The notes under the pieces: generated by a model
The model's database searches: none
The model's input: only the letters and a program-made list of their open reading frames with translations
What the model was told of the DNA's origin: nothing
Part shown: one piece after another, positions 12,496 to 24,510 of the stretch
How the letters are laid out: each line of letters starts with the position of its first letter
How positions within the stretch are numbered: position 1 is the first letter of the stretch
Position numbers and translations under genes: made by a program
DNA from: Malacoraja senta
Lineage: Eukaryota
Length of the DNA stretch: 64,000 bases
Reading direction: 5' to 3'
Assembly (NCBI GenBank): GCA_038087875.1
Contig: CM075998.1
Span: 3,288,001-3,352,000, forward strand

Positions 12496-12667
12496 AGGGC
12501 CTGTCCCACTTGGGCGCCATTTGCGCGTCATAATTATGCGCCATCATGCGCGCGTGGTGCGTGGAGGCGTAGGCAGTGACGCGCGACGCCCCCAGGATTT
12601 TGGGATGTACAAATCTCCACGCGCCATCTGCGTGACGCGCAAATGATGCCCAAGTGGGACAGGCCCT
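12496..12667. mobile_element. MITE with AGGGCCTGTCCCACTTGGGC TIRs and TAA target duplication (PIF/Harbinger-like)
   Basis: TAA at 12493-12495 and 12668-12670; long inverted repeats. Relatives at 5366-5556, about 34452-34775 and about 39208-39505. Confidence 0.8.
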
Positions 12668-14469
12668 TAAGTGCTTTGTTTTGCTGCCATTTTGCGGCCT
12701 GGTTCTTGACCAAGGGGTAAAAGGCAGTACCCACGTCGGCCCTCGTTCACCAGTCAGTGAGTGCATTGCCCCGTTGCAAGAGCAAGACTGCGTGGGTGCA
12801 GGGAGCGGCAGCATTGAAAGGCTCGCATCCTTTGCACGGATCTTGCGCATGTTGGTTACGCTCAGCACTTCACAGCCAGTCCTCGTTCAGCGCGCCTCGC
12901 GGTGAGCCGCCGCAGCCCGCAGCCCTCCAAAGAGCTTCACTTCACGATAAATAAGCAGGGGGGTTGTGTGCCTGAACACAAGAACGTAAACGCAGAGACT
13001 ATTTGCGCTCCGCTCTCATATGCCCCGCTCGTGTTCAAAAATTGTCCCGACCAGAGGTGACTCTTCCCTGCAACGTTACCATTCTTCACGGCTGCGCCGG
13101 AGACACGGGTTCGATCCTGACCTCGGCTGCTGTCTGTGTGCGTGCGTGTGTGTGGACTTTGCACGTTTTTACCACGGGACCCTCGTGGGTTTCCTCCGGG
13201 TGCTCTGGTTACCTCCCACATCCAGAGACGTGTGTGGGGGGGGGGGGGGGGGTCGATGGGTTTTATTAGCGTTAGAGATACAATGTTGAAACAGGCCCTT
13301 CTGCCCCACCGAGTCCGTGCCGACCAGCGATCGCCGGTCACACTGGTTCAATCCTACACTCTGGGGTCAAATTTTAACGGAAGCCAATTAACCTACAAAC
13401 CCGCACCTCTTTGGAGTGTGGGAGGAAACCGGAGCACCCGGGGAAAACCCACGCAGGTCACGGGGAGAACGTACAAACTCCGTACAGACAGCACCCGTAG
13501 TCAGGATCGAACCTTGTTTCTGGAACTGGCAGGGGTGGCGCCTGCTGTTGGCTGGGGAGGAGGTGATAACGAAAGGATGCGAACAGTGAAACTGGCAGGA
13601 CCATTAGGGTGGGGAGGGGCGGAGAGAGAGGGAATGCAAGGGTTACTTGAAGTTAGAGAAGTCAATGTTATAATACCGCTGGGGTGTAAACTGCCCAAGT
13701 GAAATATGAGGTGCTGTTCCTCCAATTTGCGCTAGGCCTCACTCTGGCAATGGAGGAGGCCCAGGACAGAAAGGTCAGTGTGGGGATGGGAGGGGGAGTT
13801 GAAGTGTTTGGCAACCGGGAGATCTCTTGGCAAACTACTTTGGCTCATTACATCGGCTCGAGGCGATGGTGCAAGGACTCAGTGCTGCAGTCTAGCAGTT
13901 ACAGTGAGGTCAGGCGCTGGCAAACAACAACCGTTTACAACAGACACCGGTGGCGAAGCGGTAGAGTTGCTGCCTCACAGCGCCAGAGACCCGGGTTCCA
14001 TCCTGACCACAGGTGCTTCTCTACGGAGTTTGCACGTTCTCCCCGTGACCTGCGTGGTTTTCCCCGGGTGCTCCGGTTTCCTCCCACACTCCAAAGACGT
14101 GCGGGTGGCTTGGTGCAAGTGTAAAAATCGTCCCTAGTGTGTGTGTGTGTGTGGGATAGTGTTGGCGTACGGGGATGGCTGGTCGGCACGGACCCGGTGG
14201 GCCGAAGGGCACGTTTCCGCGCTGTATCTCTAAACTAGACTACCACACAATGGATTCCCAAGGTTAAAAAGACACCATCCACTTGAGGTCTCAGCGTTTT
14301 TTGCGCAGTTTTGAACAGCAGATGATTTAAGTAACGCTGGTCCGCTCTGAAGCAGCAAAAGGCCAGGGGGATGGTTAGATGGTGGCGGGGTCTGGGTTGT
14401 GGACGGGCTCCATCTTAGGTCAGTTATTGGGAGTTAGTGTCAGTTACAGCAGGGACACTGAGGACTCAC

Positions 14470-14539
14470 ATGTTTTATGAAGAGAACTGCCAGACGCTCG
14501 GGCTCCTCTTGGCATTTCTCCAGCTCGCCTAAGAAATAG
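14470..14539 (-). CDS. ARHGEF25: ARHGEF25 exon, DH domain ([D]YFLGELEKCQEEPERLAVLFIKH)
   Basis: Found by manual translation. 70 nt, phase 2/0, ttcacag acceptor, gtgagt donor. Most 5' ARHGEF25 exon found in the window. Confidence 0.88.
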
Positions 14540-17009
14540 CTGTGAATGAAAGATATAGATAATTTAATAATAATCTGCCCTGCACACCACTGCCCGCCAG
14601 GACTGCTTCTGCAACGGCGCCACGTATAGGCTCGTTCTCATCGAGGGTGGTGGGATTTTTGCAAGCTCGACATTTTTTTTTTTTTTTTTTCAACTGCAGA
14701 TGCTGGAAACCTGAAATAAATATCAGTGCAGGCTGCAAATATTCAGCGGCCAGCTCAGTCCCCTCTCACTGTCTTTTGGAAGCACAGGCCCTTCGGCCCA
14801 CCAGGTCCACACCGACAGCGATCACTAGTTCATTGAGTTGAGAGATACAGCGTGGAAACAGGCCCTTCGGCCCCACCGAGTCCGCGCTGACCATCGATCA
14901 CCCCGTTTACACTAGTCTAGTTGAGTTGAGAGATATATGCACAGTGTGGCATTGAGTCTTATACCAGGGGAGGGGAATCGAGGACCAGAGGACATCGGTT
15001 TAAGCTGAGAGGGGAAAGATTTAATCAGGGCAACTTTTTCCACCAGAGGGTGGTGGGTGTATGGAACGAGCTGCCGGAGGATGTAGTTGAGCTGGGACTA
15101 TCCCAACGTTTAATAGATATTTGGACAGGTACATGGATAGGGAAGGTTTAAAGGGGATAAGCGCCAGACGCAGGCACATTGGCAGATGAGGCATCCTTGG
15201 TCGACATGGACCGGTTTTCCGTTGTATATTCTTGGACTCAAAGGAACAGGGTCAGAAGTTGTCCGATCCTTTCTTCAAACCTACTCCTCTGATCAATAAG
15301 ATCACGTTGGATCTCAGGACCACTTGCTTGCTCTCACTCCCCCCCCCCCCCCCATACTCCTCAAGGCCTTGTATCTCAAATGCTCGCCAGTTTCCTTCCT
15401 AGGAACTGCAGATGCTGGTTTAAAACCGAAGATATTCACACAAAGCTGGAGTAACTCAGCGGGACAGCAGCATCTCTGGAGAGAAGGAATGGGTGACGTT
15501 TCGGGTCGAGGACCCTTCTTCACACGAGTTGGGGGGGGGGGGGGGAAGGAAAACGAGAGATATAGACGGCGATGTAGAGAGATGAAGAACAATGAACGAA
15601 AGATTTGCAAAAAGTTAGGACGAGAAAGGAAACAGAAAAAATGAGGACCTCGGATGCCCTGGTCTGGAACTCCTCCTCATCTTGGGCACAGAGTGGGGGG
15701 ATAGAGTCAGTCTAACTGAATAGTGAAAGGCCTGGATAAAGTGGATGTGGAGAGGATGTTTCCACTAGTGGGAGAGTCTAGGGTACATATATATACTGTA
15801 TATATCTATCTATTCTATCTATAAAACTCTGTGGCTGCCTGACTTGTGTCTGCCTGACTTGTGTCCGCCTGACTTTCACCAAATCCCCTTTGATACCGCC
15901 CTGGCCCACACAGCGCGCGGAAGGGCCCATATTTTTTACAATTTCCAAAGAGGATGACATTTATCTTTACGAATAGCCACTCCTGATTAAATTCGGTAGT
16001 GTTTATGTACACGTTTTAAAATATAATCCCCCCCCCCCCCACCCCCACGCGATTTTCTCCAATTGTCTCCGATTTTCTCCAAAAACGACGCCATCTTTTT
16101 TCCCCAGCTTTTCACCCCGGGGTCTGAAGCACCTTTGGGAACAACACCCCGGGGTGTGGAAGCCACTTCGGGGACCAGACCCAACGGGTCTGCACTTGGT
16201 CTAGTATATATATATACTGAACTTCTTTCATTTATTATGTTGTTTACAGAGTACGACGTTTGCTTATCTCTTGTGCTTCTGCAAGTAAGGATTTCATTGT
16301 CCTATCTGGGACATAAGACAATAAAACACTTGTCTTTTGACTCAGACTCTGTGAAACAAACGCCTGGAGCCACAAAATATCAATGGATATTTTTAAGACC
16401 TGATAGATTTTTAAGATTGACATTTCTAAGCTTGATAGATTCTTGATTAGTACGGGTGCCATGCAGGGTAAATGAGTCAGAGTCATAGAGTGATACAGTG
16501 TGAAACAGGCCCTTCGACCCAACTTGCCCACACTGGCCAACATGTCCCCAGCTGCACTAGTCCCACCTGCCTGCGTTTGGCCCATATCCCTCCAAACCTG
16601 TCCCATCCATGTAGCTCTTAAACGTTGGGATAGTCCCAGCCTCAACTACCTCCTCCGGCAGCTCGTTCCATACACCCACCACCCTCGAATGTGTGGAAAA
16701 GTTTCCCCCCTCGGATTCCTATTAAATCTTTCCCCCTTCACCTTGCACCTCTAGTGCAGCCTCCATGTTCTGGAAAATAAAAAGTTACAACTTAAGTTAC
16801 CGATGAACAGTTTCACAGGTGGGTTCAAAGGAGAAGGGCAAAATAAGAAGAATGTTCCTTCAGCATGGATTCGAAGGAAAGAAGTGGCATTTTTGACGCG
16901 CCTTTCAGTAACACAAGACGACCAAAGTATTTCCCAGGCAAGGGACAATGGTTTTGAAAAGCATCAGTGTTTCAGCGTTGGAAACAAGGCAGGCATTTTA
17001 GTGCAAGAC

Positions 17010-17209
17010 NNNNNNNNNNNNNNNNNNNNNNNNNNNNNNNNNNNNNNNNNNNNNNNNNNNNNNNNNNNNNNNNNNNNNNNNNNNNNNNNNNNNNNNNNNN
17101 NNNNNNNNNNNNNNNNNNNNNNNNNNNNNNNNNNNNNNNNNNNNNNNNNNNNNNNNNNNNNNNNNNNNNNNNNNNNNNNNNNNNNNNNNNNNNNNNNNNN
17201 NNNNNNNNN
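17010..17209. other. Assembly gap (200 N placeholder)
   Basis: Run of exactly 200 N. Confidence 0.99.
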
Positions 17210-20200
17210 TTTCGACTAATGCAATCAACCCGACGTGCACAAACAAATGATCCAATAGAACAAGGTGACCTACAACTTTAGGCTGTGCACGCCATACGCA
17301 GGAAGAAGAAGAAGAAATGTAAAGACTTGTACATGATTACAATCAAGGGTATAGATAAAGACTTTAGACTTTCGAATTTAGACTTCAGAGATTACAGCAC
17401 GGAAACAGGCCCTTCGGCCCACCGGGTCCACGCCGACCAGCTCACTAGCGCTAGCCTCCACACAGTCGGGACAATTTACAGTTTTTACCGAAGCCAAATT
17501 AACCCACAACCCCGCACGTCTTTGGAGTGTGGGAGGAAACCGGAGCACCCGAAGGAAACCCACGGGGTCACGGAGAACGTGCAGACTCTGTACAAACAGC
17601 ACTCGTAGTCAGGATGGAACCCGGGTCTCTGGCGCTGTGAGGCAGCAACTCTAAAGGGATAAAGGGTATAAGTGCAAGATGAAGTCCAGTCCGAGGGTCT
17701 CCAATGAGGTCGATGGGAGGTCAGGACCGCTCTCAAGTTGGTGAGAAGATGGTTCAGTTGCCTGATAACAACTGAGAAGAAACTGTCCCTGAATCTGGAG
17801 GTGTGTGTGCGTTTGTTTTCACACTTCTGTACCTCTTGCCCGATGGGAGAGGGGAGAAGAGGGAGTGGCCGGGGGTGAGTGGTCCTTGATGATGCTGCTG
17901 GCCTTGCCGAGGCAGCGTGAGGTGTAGATGGAGTCGATGGAAGGAAGGGAGGTTGGTTAGTGTGTGATGGTCTGGGCTGCGTCCACAACTCGCTGCAATT
18001 TGTCGTGGTCTTGGATGGAGCTGCCTGGATTGATTTAACCCGTGTACAATGACATCCCAGCACTGGCGCTCAGTGTTGAACCTGGACATTGTTCAAGCCA
18101 AGTCAAGTCTACTGTCATATGCACAAGTACGGTGTGTACAGATACAACGAAAATCTTGCTTGCAGCAGCATCACAGCCACATAGACTCAGACAGCACACA
18201 CAAACATATATAAATTATACAGAGCCGAGTCAATGGGAATAGTTTATTGTGTTCATATACAGTGAAAAACGTTGTCACATCATATTATACCCGAGTACAG
18301 GCTAGCCACATTCAAGAGAAAAATACCAGACAGGAGTGGGCGGTCACGGTGGCGCAGCGGTAGAGTTGCTGCCTCACAGCGCCAGAGACCCGGGGTTCCA
18401 TCCCGACTACGGGTGCTGTCTGTATGGAGTTTGCACCTTCTCCCCGTGACCTGCGTGGGCTTCCTCCGGGTGCTCCGGTTTCCTCCCGCACTCCAAAGAC
18501 GTACAGATTTGTCGGTTAATTGGCTTGGGTAAAATTGAAAAATGTGTGTGGAATAGTGTCAGCGTAGGAGGATCGCTGGGTCGGCGCGGACTCGGTGTGC
18601 CGGAGGGGCCTGCTGTGCCACTGTGCCGCCCATTTCTAGCATGGGAGAAGATAACGCAGATCTCATGCCTCATTTCAAGCCATGACCTGGCTTATTTCAG
18701 GCCTTGGCACGAACACCTGGCGACCTTTGCACATAGACTCAGTGGGCTGTTTCTATGTGTGCTATGCATTATGGGGATAGGTTCAAGTTCAATAAGTTAC
18801 ATTTCTTGTCACTGTGCCAATTGGTACAGCGAGATTTGGGTTGCCACACAGCCATACAAATTGTACTTGTGTATGGGAATAATCTTTCGCCTTGAGAGAT
18901 ACAGGGCGGAAACAGGCCCTTCGGCCTACCAAGTCCGCGCCCACCAGCGATCACTACACACACTAGTACTATCCAACACACACTAGGGACAACTTACAAT
19001 TTTGTACCAAATCCAATTAACCTACAAACCTTCCCGAAACGTCACCCATTCCTTCTCTCCAGAGATGCCGCCTGTCCCGCTGAGTTACTCCAGCGTTTTG
19101 TGTGTCTATCTTCGGTTTAAACCAGCATCTGCAGTTCCTCCCCACACAGCCTACAAACCTGTACGCCTTTGGAGGGTGGGAGGAAAGCCACGCAGTCACA
19201 GGGAGAACGTACAGACAGTGACCGTGGACAGGATCAACCCCGGGTCTCTGGCGCTGTGAGGGATCGATTCTACCTCTGCTCCTTAAAAAAAAATCTCACT
19301 GTACTTTGGCACAAGTGATAATAAATGAACTATTAAACCGTTAAACCATTCTGTGGCTTAAAAAAAAAAAAAAATGATGATTAAAATCTGGCTCGCTCGC
19401 TGGGAACAAACTGTTTAGGTGGAAGCCAAAAATATATTTTGCCACATATGTTAGTACTGCTCCAAATGCAGGACATCAGTCCAGCTAGACCAATTAGCAA
19501 GTGTTGATTGCTATGTCCTCATTTAGATGACTGCAACAGGATGGGAGTCAGGGCCAGGCATTTGTGATGATCTGTCCCATCTGTGAACCATGCAAAGAGA
19601 GTGCTTACAGTTGGCTTTGTTGTGAAGTGGTTGGATATCTGCAAACCAGTTACTGGGAAACCGGTCTGAAGTTTCTAAATCCTACTGTGCAAGGGACAAC
19701 GGTGTTCGATTATGAAATATACCTCACCTTTGATACAGAGAAGAAACATAGAAACGTGGAAAAATAGGTGCAGGAGTCTGAAGAAGGGTTTCGGCCCGAA
19801 ACGTTGCCTATTTCCTTCGCTCCATAGATGCTGCTGCACCCGCTGAGTTTCTCCAGCATTTATGTGTACCCCCATTCAATATGATAGACAATAGACAATA
19901 GGTGCAGGAGTAGGCCATTCGGCTATTCGAGCCAGCACCCCATTCAATATGATAGACAATAGACAATAGGTGCAGGAGTAGGCCATTCGGCCCTTCGAGC
20001 CAGCACCGCCATTCAATGTGATCATGGCTGATCATCCCCAATCAGTACCCCGTTCCTGCCTTCTCCCCATATCCCCTGACTCCGCTATCTTTAAGAGCCC
20101 TATCTAGCTCTCTCTTGAAAGTATCCAGAGAACCGGCCTCCACCGCCCCCCTGAGGCAGAGAATTCCACACTCACCACTATCTGTGAGAAAAAGTGTTTC

Positions 20201-20339
20201 CTCGTCTCCGTTCTAAATGGCTTACCCCTTATTCTTAAACTGTGGCCCCTGGTTCTGGACTCCCCCAACATCAGGAACATGTTTCCTGCCTCTAGCGTGT
20301 CCAAACCCTTAACAATCCTATATGTTTCAATAAGATCAT

Positions 20340-21560
20340 GGCTGATCATCGAAAATCAGTACCCCGTTCCTGCTTTTTCCCCGATATCCCTTGATTCCGT
20401 TAGCTCTAAGAGCTAAATCTCTCTTGAAAACATCCAGTGAATTGGCCTCCACTGCCTTCTGTGGCAGAGAATTCCACAGATTCACAACTCACTGGGTGAA
20501 AAGTTTTTCCTCATCTCAGTCCTAAATGGCCCACCCCTTATTCTTAAACGGTGACCCCTGGTTCTGGACTCCCCCAACATCGGGAACATGTTTCCTGCAT
20601 CTAGCCTGTCCAATCTTTTAAGAATGTTATATGTTTCTATAAGATTGCCTCTCATCCTTCTAAATTCCAGTGAATACAAGCCCAGTCAACCCATTCTTTC
20701 AACATATGTCAGTCCCGCCATCCCTGGAATTAACCTGGTGAACCTACGCTACACTCCCTCAATGGCAATAATGTCTTTCCTCAAATTAGGAGAACAAAAT
20801 TGCACACAATAGTCCAGGTGTGGTCTCACCAGGGCCCTGTACAACTGCCGTAGGACCTCCTTGCTCCTAAACTAAAATCCTCTCGCTATGAAGGCCAACA
20901 TGCCATTAGCTTTCTTCACTGCCTGCTGTACCTGCATGCTTCTTTTAGTGACTGATGTACAAGGACACCCAGGTCTCGTTGCACCTCCCCTTCTCCTAAT
21001 CTGACACCATTCAGATAATAATCTGCCTTCCTGTTCTTGCCACCAAAGTGGATAACCTCACATTTATCCACAATCTACTGCATCTGCCATGCATCTGCCC
21101 ACTCATTTAACCTATCCAAGTCACCCTGCAGCCTCATAGCATCCTCATTGCAGCTCACACTGCCACCCAGTTTTGTGTCATCCGCAAACTTGGAGACGCT
21201 ACATTTAATTCCCTCGTCTAAATCGTTAATATATATTGTAAATAACTGGGGTCCCAGCACGGAGCCTTGCAGCACCCCACTAGTCATTGCCTGCCATTCT
21301 GGAAAGGACCCGTTAATTCCTACTCTTTGCTTCCTATCTGCCAACCAGTTCTCTATCCATGTCAATACCCTACCCCCAATACCATGTGCTCTAATTTTGC
21401 ACACTAATCTCTTGTGTGGGACCATGTCAAAGGGTTTTTGTTAGTCCAGATACACCACGTCCACTGGCTCTCCCTTATCCATTCTACTTGTTACATCCTC
21501 CAAAAATTCCCGAAGATTAGTCAAGCGTGATTTCCCCTTCATTAATCCACGCTGACTTTA
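20340..21560 (-). mobile_element. Older CR1 LINE, 3' part (interrupted by the young CR1)
   Basis: Broken RT ORFs such as 21075-21425 (SGVLQGSVLGP, FADDTK); the sequence resumes at about 23302. Confidence 0.88.
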
Positions 21561-23301
21561 CATAGATACATAGATACATAGAAATTAGGTGCAGGAGTAG
21601 GCCATTCGGCCCTTCGAGCCTGCACCGCCATTCAATACGATCATGGCTGATCATCCAACTCAGTATCCCGTACCTGCCTTCTCTCCATACCCCCTGATCC
21701 CTTTAGCCACAAGGGCCACATCTAATTCCCTCTTAAATATAGCCAATGAACTGGCCTCAACTACCCTCTGTGGCAGAGAGTTCCAGAGATTCACCACTCT
21801 CTGTGTGAAAAAGTTTTTCCTCATCTCGGTCTTAAAGGATTTTCCCCTTATCCTTAAGCTGTGACCCCTTGTCCTGGACTTCCCCAACATCGGGAACAAT
21901 CTTCCTGCATCTAGCCTGTCCAACCCCATAAGAATCTTGTACGTTTCTATAAGATCCCCTCTCAATCTCCTAAATTCTAGCGAGTATAAGCCAAGTCTAT
22001 CCAGTCTTTCTTCATATGAAAGTCCTGACATCCCAGGAATCAGTCTGGTGAACCTTCTCTGCACTCCCTCTATGGCTATAATGTCCTTCCTCAGATTTGG
22101 AGACCAAAACTGTACGCAATACTCCAGGTGTGGTCTCACCAAGACCCTGTACAACTGCAGTAGAACCTCACTGCTCCTATACTCAAATCCTCTTGCTATG
22201 AAGGCCAACATACCATTCGCTTTCTTCACTGCCTGCTGCACCTGCATGCCTACTTTCAATGACTGGTGTACCATGACACCCAGGTCTCGCTGCATCTCCC
22301 CATTTCCTAATCGGCCACCATTTAGATAATAGTCTGCCTTCCCGTTTTTGCTACCAAAGTGGATAACCTCACATTTATCCACATTATACTGCATCTGCCA
22401 AACATTTGCCCACTCACCCAGCCTATCCAAGTCACCTTGCAGTCTCCTAGCATCCTCCTCACAGCTAACACTGCCCCCCAGCTTAGTGTCATCCGCAAAC
22501 TTGGAGATGTTGCTTTCAATTCCCTCGTCCAGATCATTAATATAAATTGTAAATAGCTGGGGTCCCAGCACTGAGCCTTGTGGTACCCCACTAGTCACTG
22601 CCTGCCATTGTGAAAAGGACCCGTTTACTCCTACTCTTTGCTTCCTGTTTGCCAGCCAGTTCTCTATCCACATCAATACTGAACCCCCAATACCGTGTGA
22701 TTTAAGTTTGTATCCTAATCTCTTATGTGGTACCTTGTCGAAAGCCTTCTGAAAGTCCAGATACAACACATCCACTGGTTCTCCCCTATCCACTCTACTA
22801 GTTACATCCTCGAAAAATTCTATAAGATTCGTCAGACACGATTTACCTTTCGTAAATCCATGCTGACTTTGTCCAATGATTTCACCACTTTCCAAATGTG
22901 CTGCTATCCCATCTTTAATAACTGACTCTAGCAGTTTCCCCACTACCGATGTTAGACTAACTGGTCTGTAATTCCCCGTTTTCTCTCTCCCTCCCTTCTT
23001 AAAAAGTGGGGTTACGTTTGCTACCCTCCAATCCTCAGGAACTACTCCAGAATCTAAAGAGTTTTGAAAAATTATCACTAATGCATCCACTATTTCTGGA
23101 GCTACTTCCTTAAGTACTCTGGGATGCAGCCTATCTGGCCCTGGTGATTTATCGGCCTTTAATCCATTCAATTTACCCAACACCACTTCCCGACTAACCT
23201 GGATTTCACTCAGTTCCTCCATCTCCTTTGACCCGCGGCCCCCTGCTATTTCCGGCAGATTATTTATGTCTTCCTTAGTGAAGACGGAACCAAAGTAGTT
23301 A
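21561..23301 (-). mobile_element. Young 5'-truncated CR1 (HER1-like) LINE with an uninterrupted 520-aa RT/C-terminal ORF
   Basis: ORF 21660-23222 has NYRPVSLTSVVGK, QHGF, YLDFQKAFDKVPH, SGVPQGSVLGP and FADDTK; (CTATGTAT)n-type tail at about 21561-21584. Confidence 0.95.
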
Positions 23302-23625
23302 TTCCGATCCTGTCACTGCTTTCCAAATGCGCTGCTATAACATCTTTAAAATTTGACTCCAGCATCTTCCCCACTACCGATGTAAGCCTAACTGGTCTAT
23401 AATTCCCCGTTTTCTCTCTCCCTCCTTTCTCAAAAAGTGGGGTTGCATTGGCTACCCTCTAGTCCACAGGAACTGATCTAGTCGAGAGAACATCGGAAAA
23501 TGATCACCAATGCATCCACAATTTCTAGGGCCACCTCTTTGAGTTCTCTGGGATGCAGACCATCAGACCCTGGGGATTTATCTACCTTCAGTCCCAACAG
23601 TTTACCTAACACCATTTCTTGACTA
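23302..23625 (-). mobile_element. Older CR1 LINE, 5' continuation
   Basis: Collinear continuation of the sequence broken at 21560 (homologous to 22870-23195). Confidence 0.82.
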
Positions 23626-24380
23626 AGACTAGAAGATTATACATGATTACAATCGAGCTGCCCACAGTGTACAGATATATAATAAATGGAATCATGTTTA
23701 GTGCAAGATAAAGTCCAATAAGGTCTGATTAAAGATAGTCCAAGGGTCTCTAATGAGGTAGATTGGAGGTCAGGACTGCTCTCTGGTTGTGGTAGGATGG
23801 TTCAGTTGCCTGATAACAGCTGGGAAGAGACTGTCCCTGAATCTGGAGGTGTGTGTGCGTTCGTTTTCACACTTCTGTACCTCTTGCCCGATGGGAGAGG
23901 GGAGAAGAGGGAGTGGCCGGGGGTGAGACTGGCTCGTGATGATGCTGCTGGCCTTGCTATCTAGATGGAGTCGATGGAAGGGAGGTCGGTTTGTGTGAGG
24001 GTCTGGGCTGCGTCCACAACTCTCTGCGATTTCTTGCGGTCTTGGATGGAGCTGTTCCCAAAGCATGCCGTGATGCATCCCGATATAAAATGCTTTCCAG
24101 GCGTCTGCTGTGCCTTCTATGTTCCTCCAGGTTCCAATTCGCAGCGATGCCGTAGTCACGTTTTATGCGCGATCTCTTAATGCATTGAGTAGTTGGTGGC
24201 AACTTGCTGCAAAATATCCTTGTTGTCCTCTTTAACCAGCCCTCCCCCCCCTCCGCCCCCTCCCCCTGCTGATCACTGGTGTTGGCGGAAAGGCTGGTGC
24301 AACGAATATGGGACTGATGGTCGACAACAGAATCTGTGCATATATATATATATATAACCCAAAGTTGCTCAAAGACTTAC

Positions 24381-24510
24381 CTTCTTTTACCATTCCCACA
24401 ACAAGGCATTTCTGAAAGCGGCAAAATTGGCACCGGTTCCGCCGCCGTTTATCGACGGGACAGTCCTTATTCGCAAGGCAAACGTACTTGGCATTTTTCT
24501 GAACTGTGCG
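24381..24510 (-). CDS. NR4A1: NR4A1 second zinc-finger exon ([43 protein letters not shown])
   Basis: 130 nt, ccgcag acceptor, G|gtaagt donor. NKDCP and CQFCRF are NR4A1-type (NR4A2/3 have NKNCP and CQYCRF). Confidence 0.92.

Noticed and set aside
12680..13080. CpG-rich intronic block as an internal or antisense promoter (also about 11540-11660 with a YY1-like GCCGCCATTTT)
   Set aside because: Short, flanked by repeats, and no independent evidence from sequence alone.
15640..15700. Possible missing ARHGEF25 exon (GVPDQGIRG on the minus strand)
   Set aside because: Lacks the following IVFGNI..IY.WH motif and suitable splice sites.
16803..17281. ORFs spanning N runs (also 43069-43722)
   Set aside because: Artefacts of translating through assembly gaps.
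11396..24510. Genuine NR4A1 DBD-ARHGEF25 DH/PH fusion gene
   Set aside because: An assembly gap separates the parts, the nearest ARHGEF25 exon (phase 2) is incompatible, and the only in-frame join depends on a probable 1-nt error.
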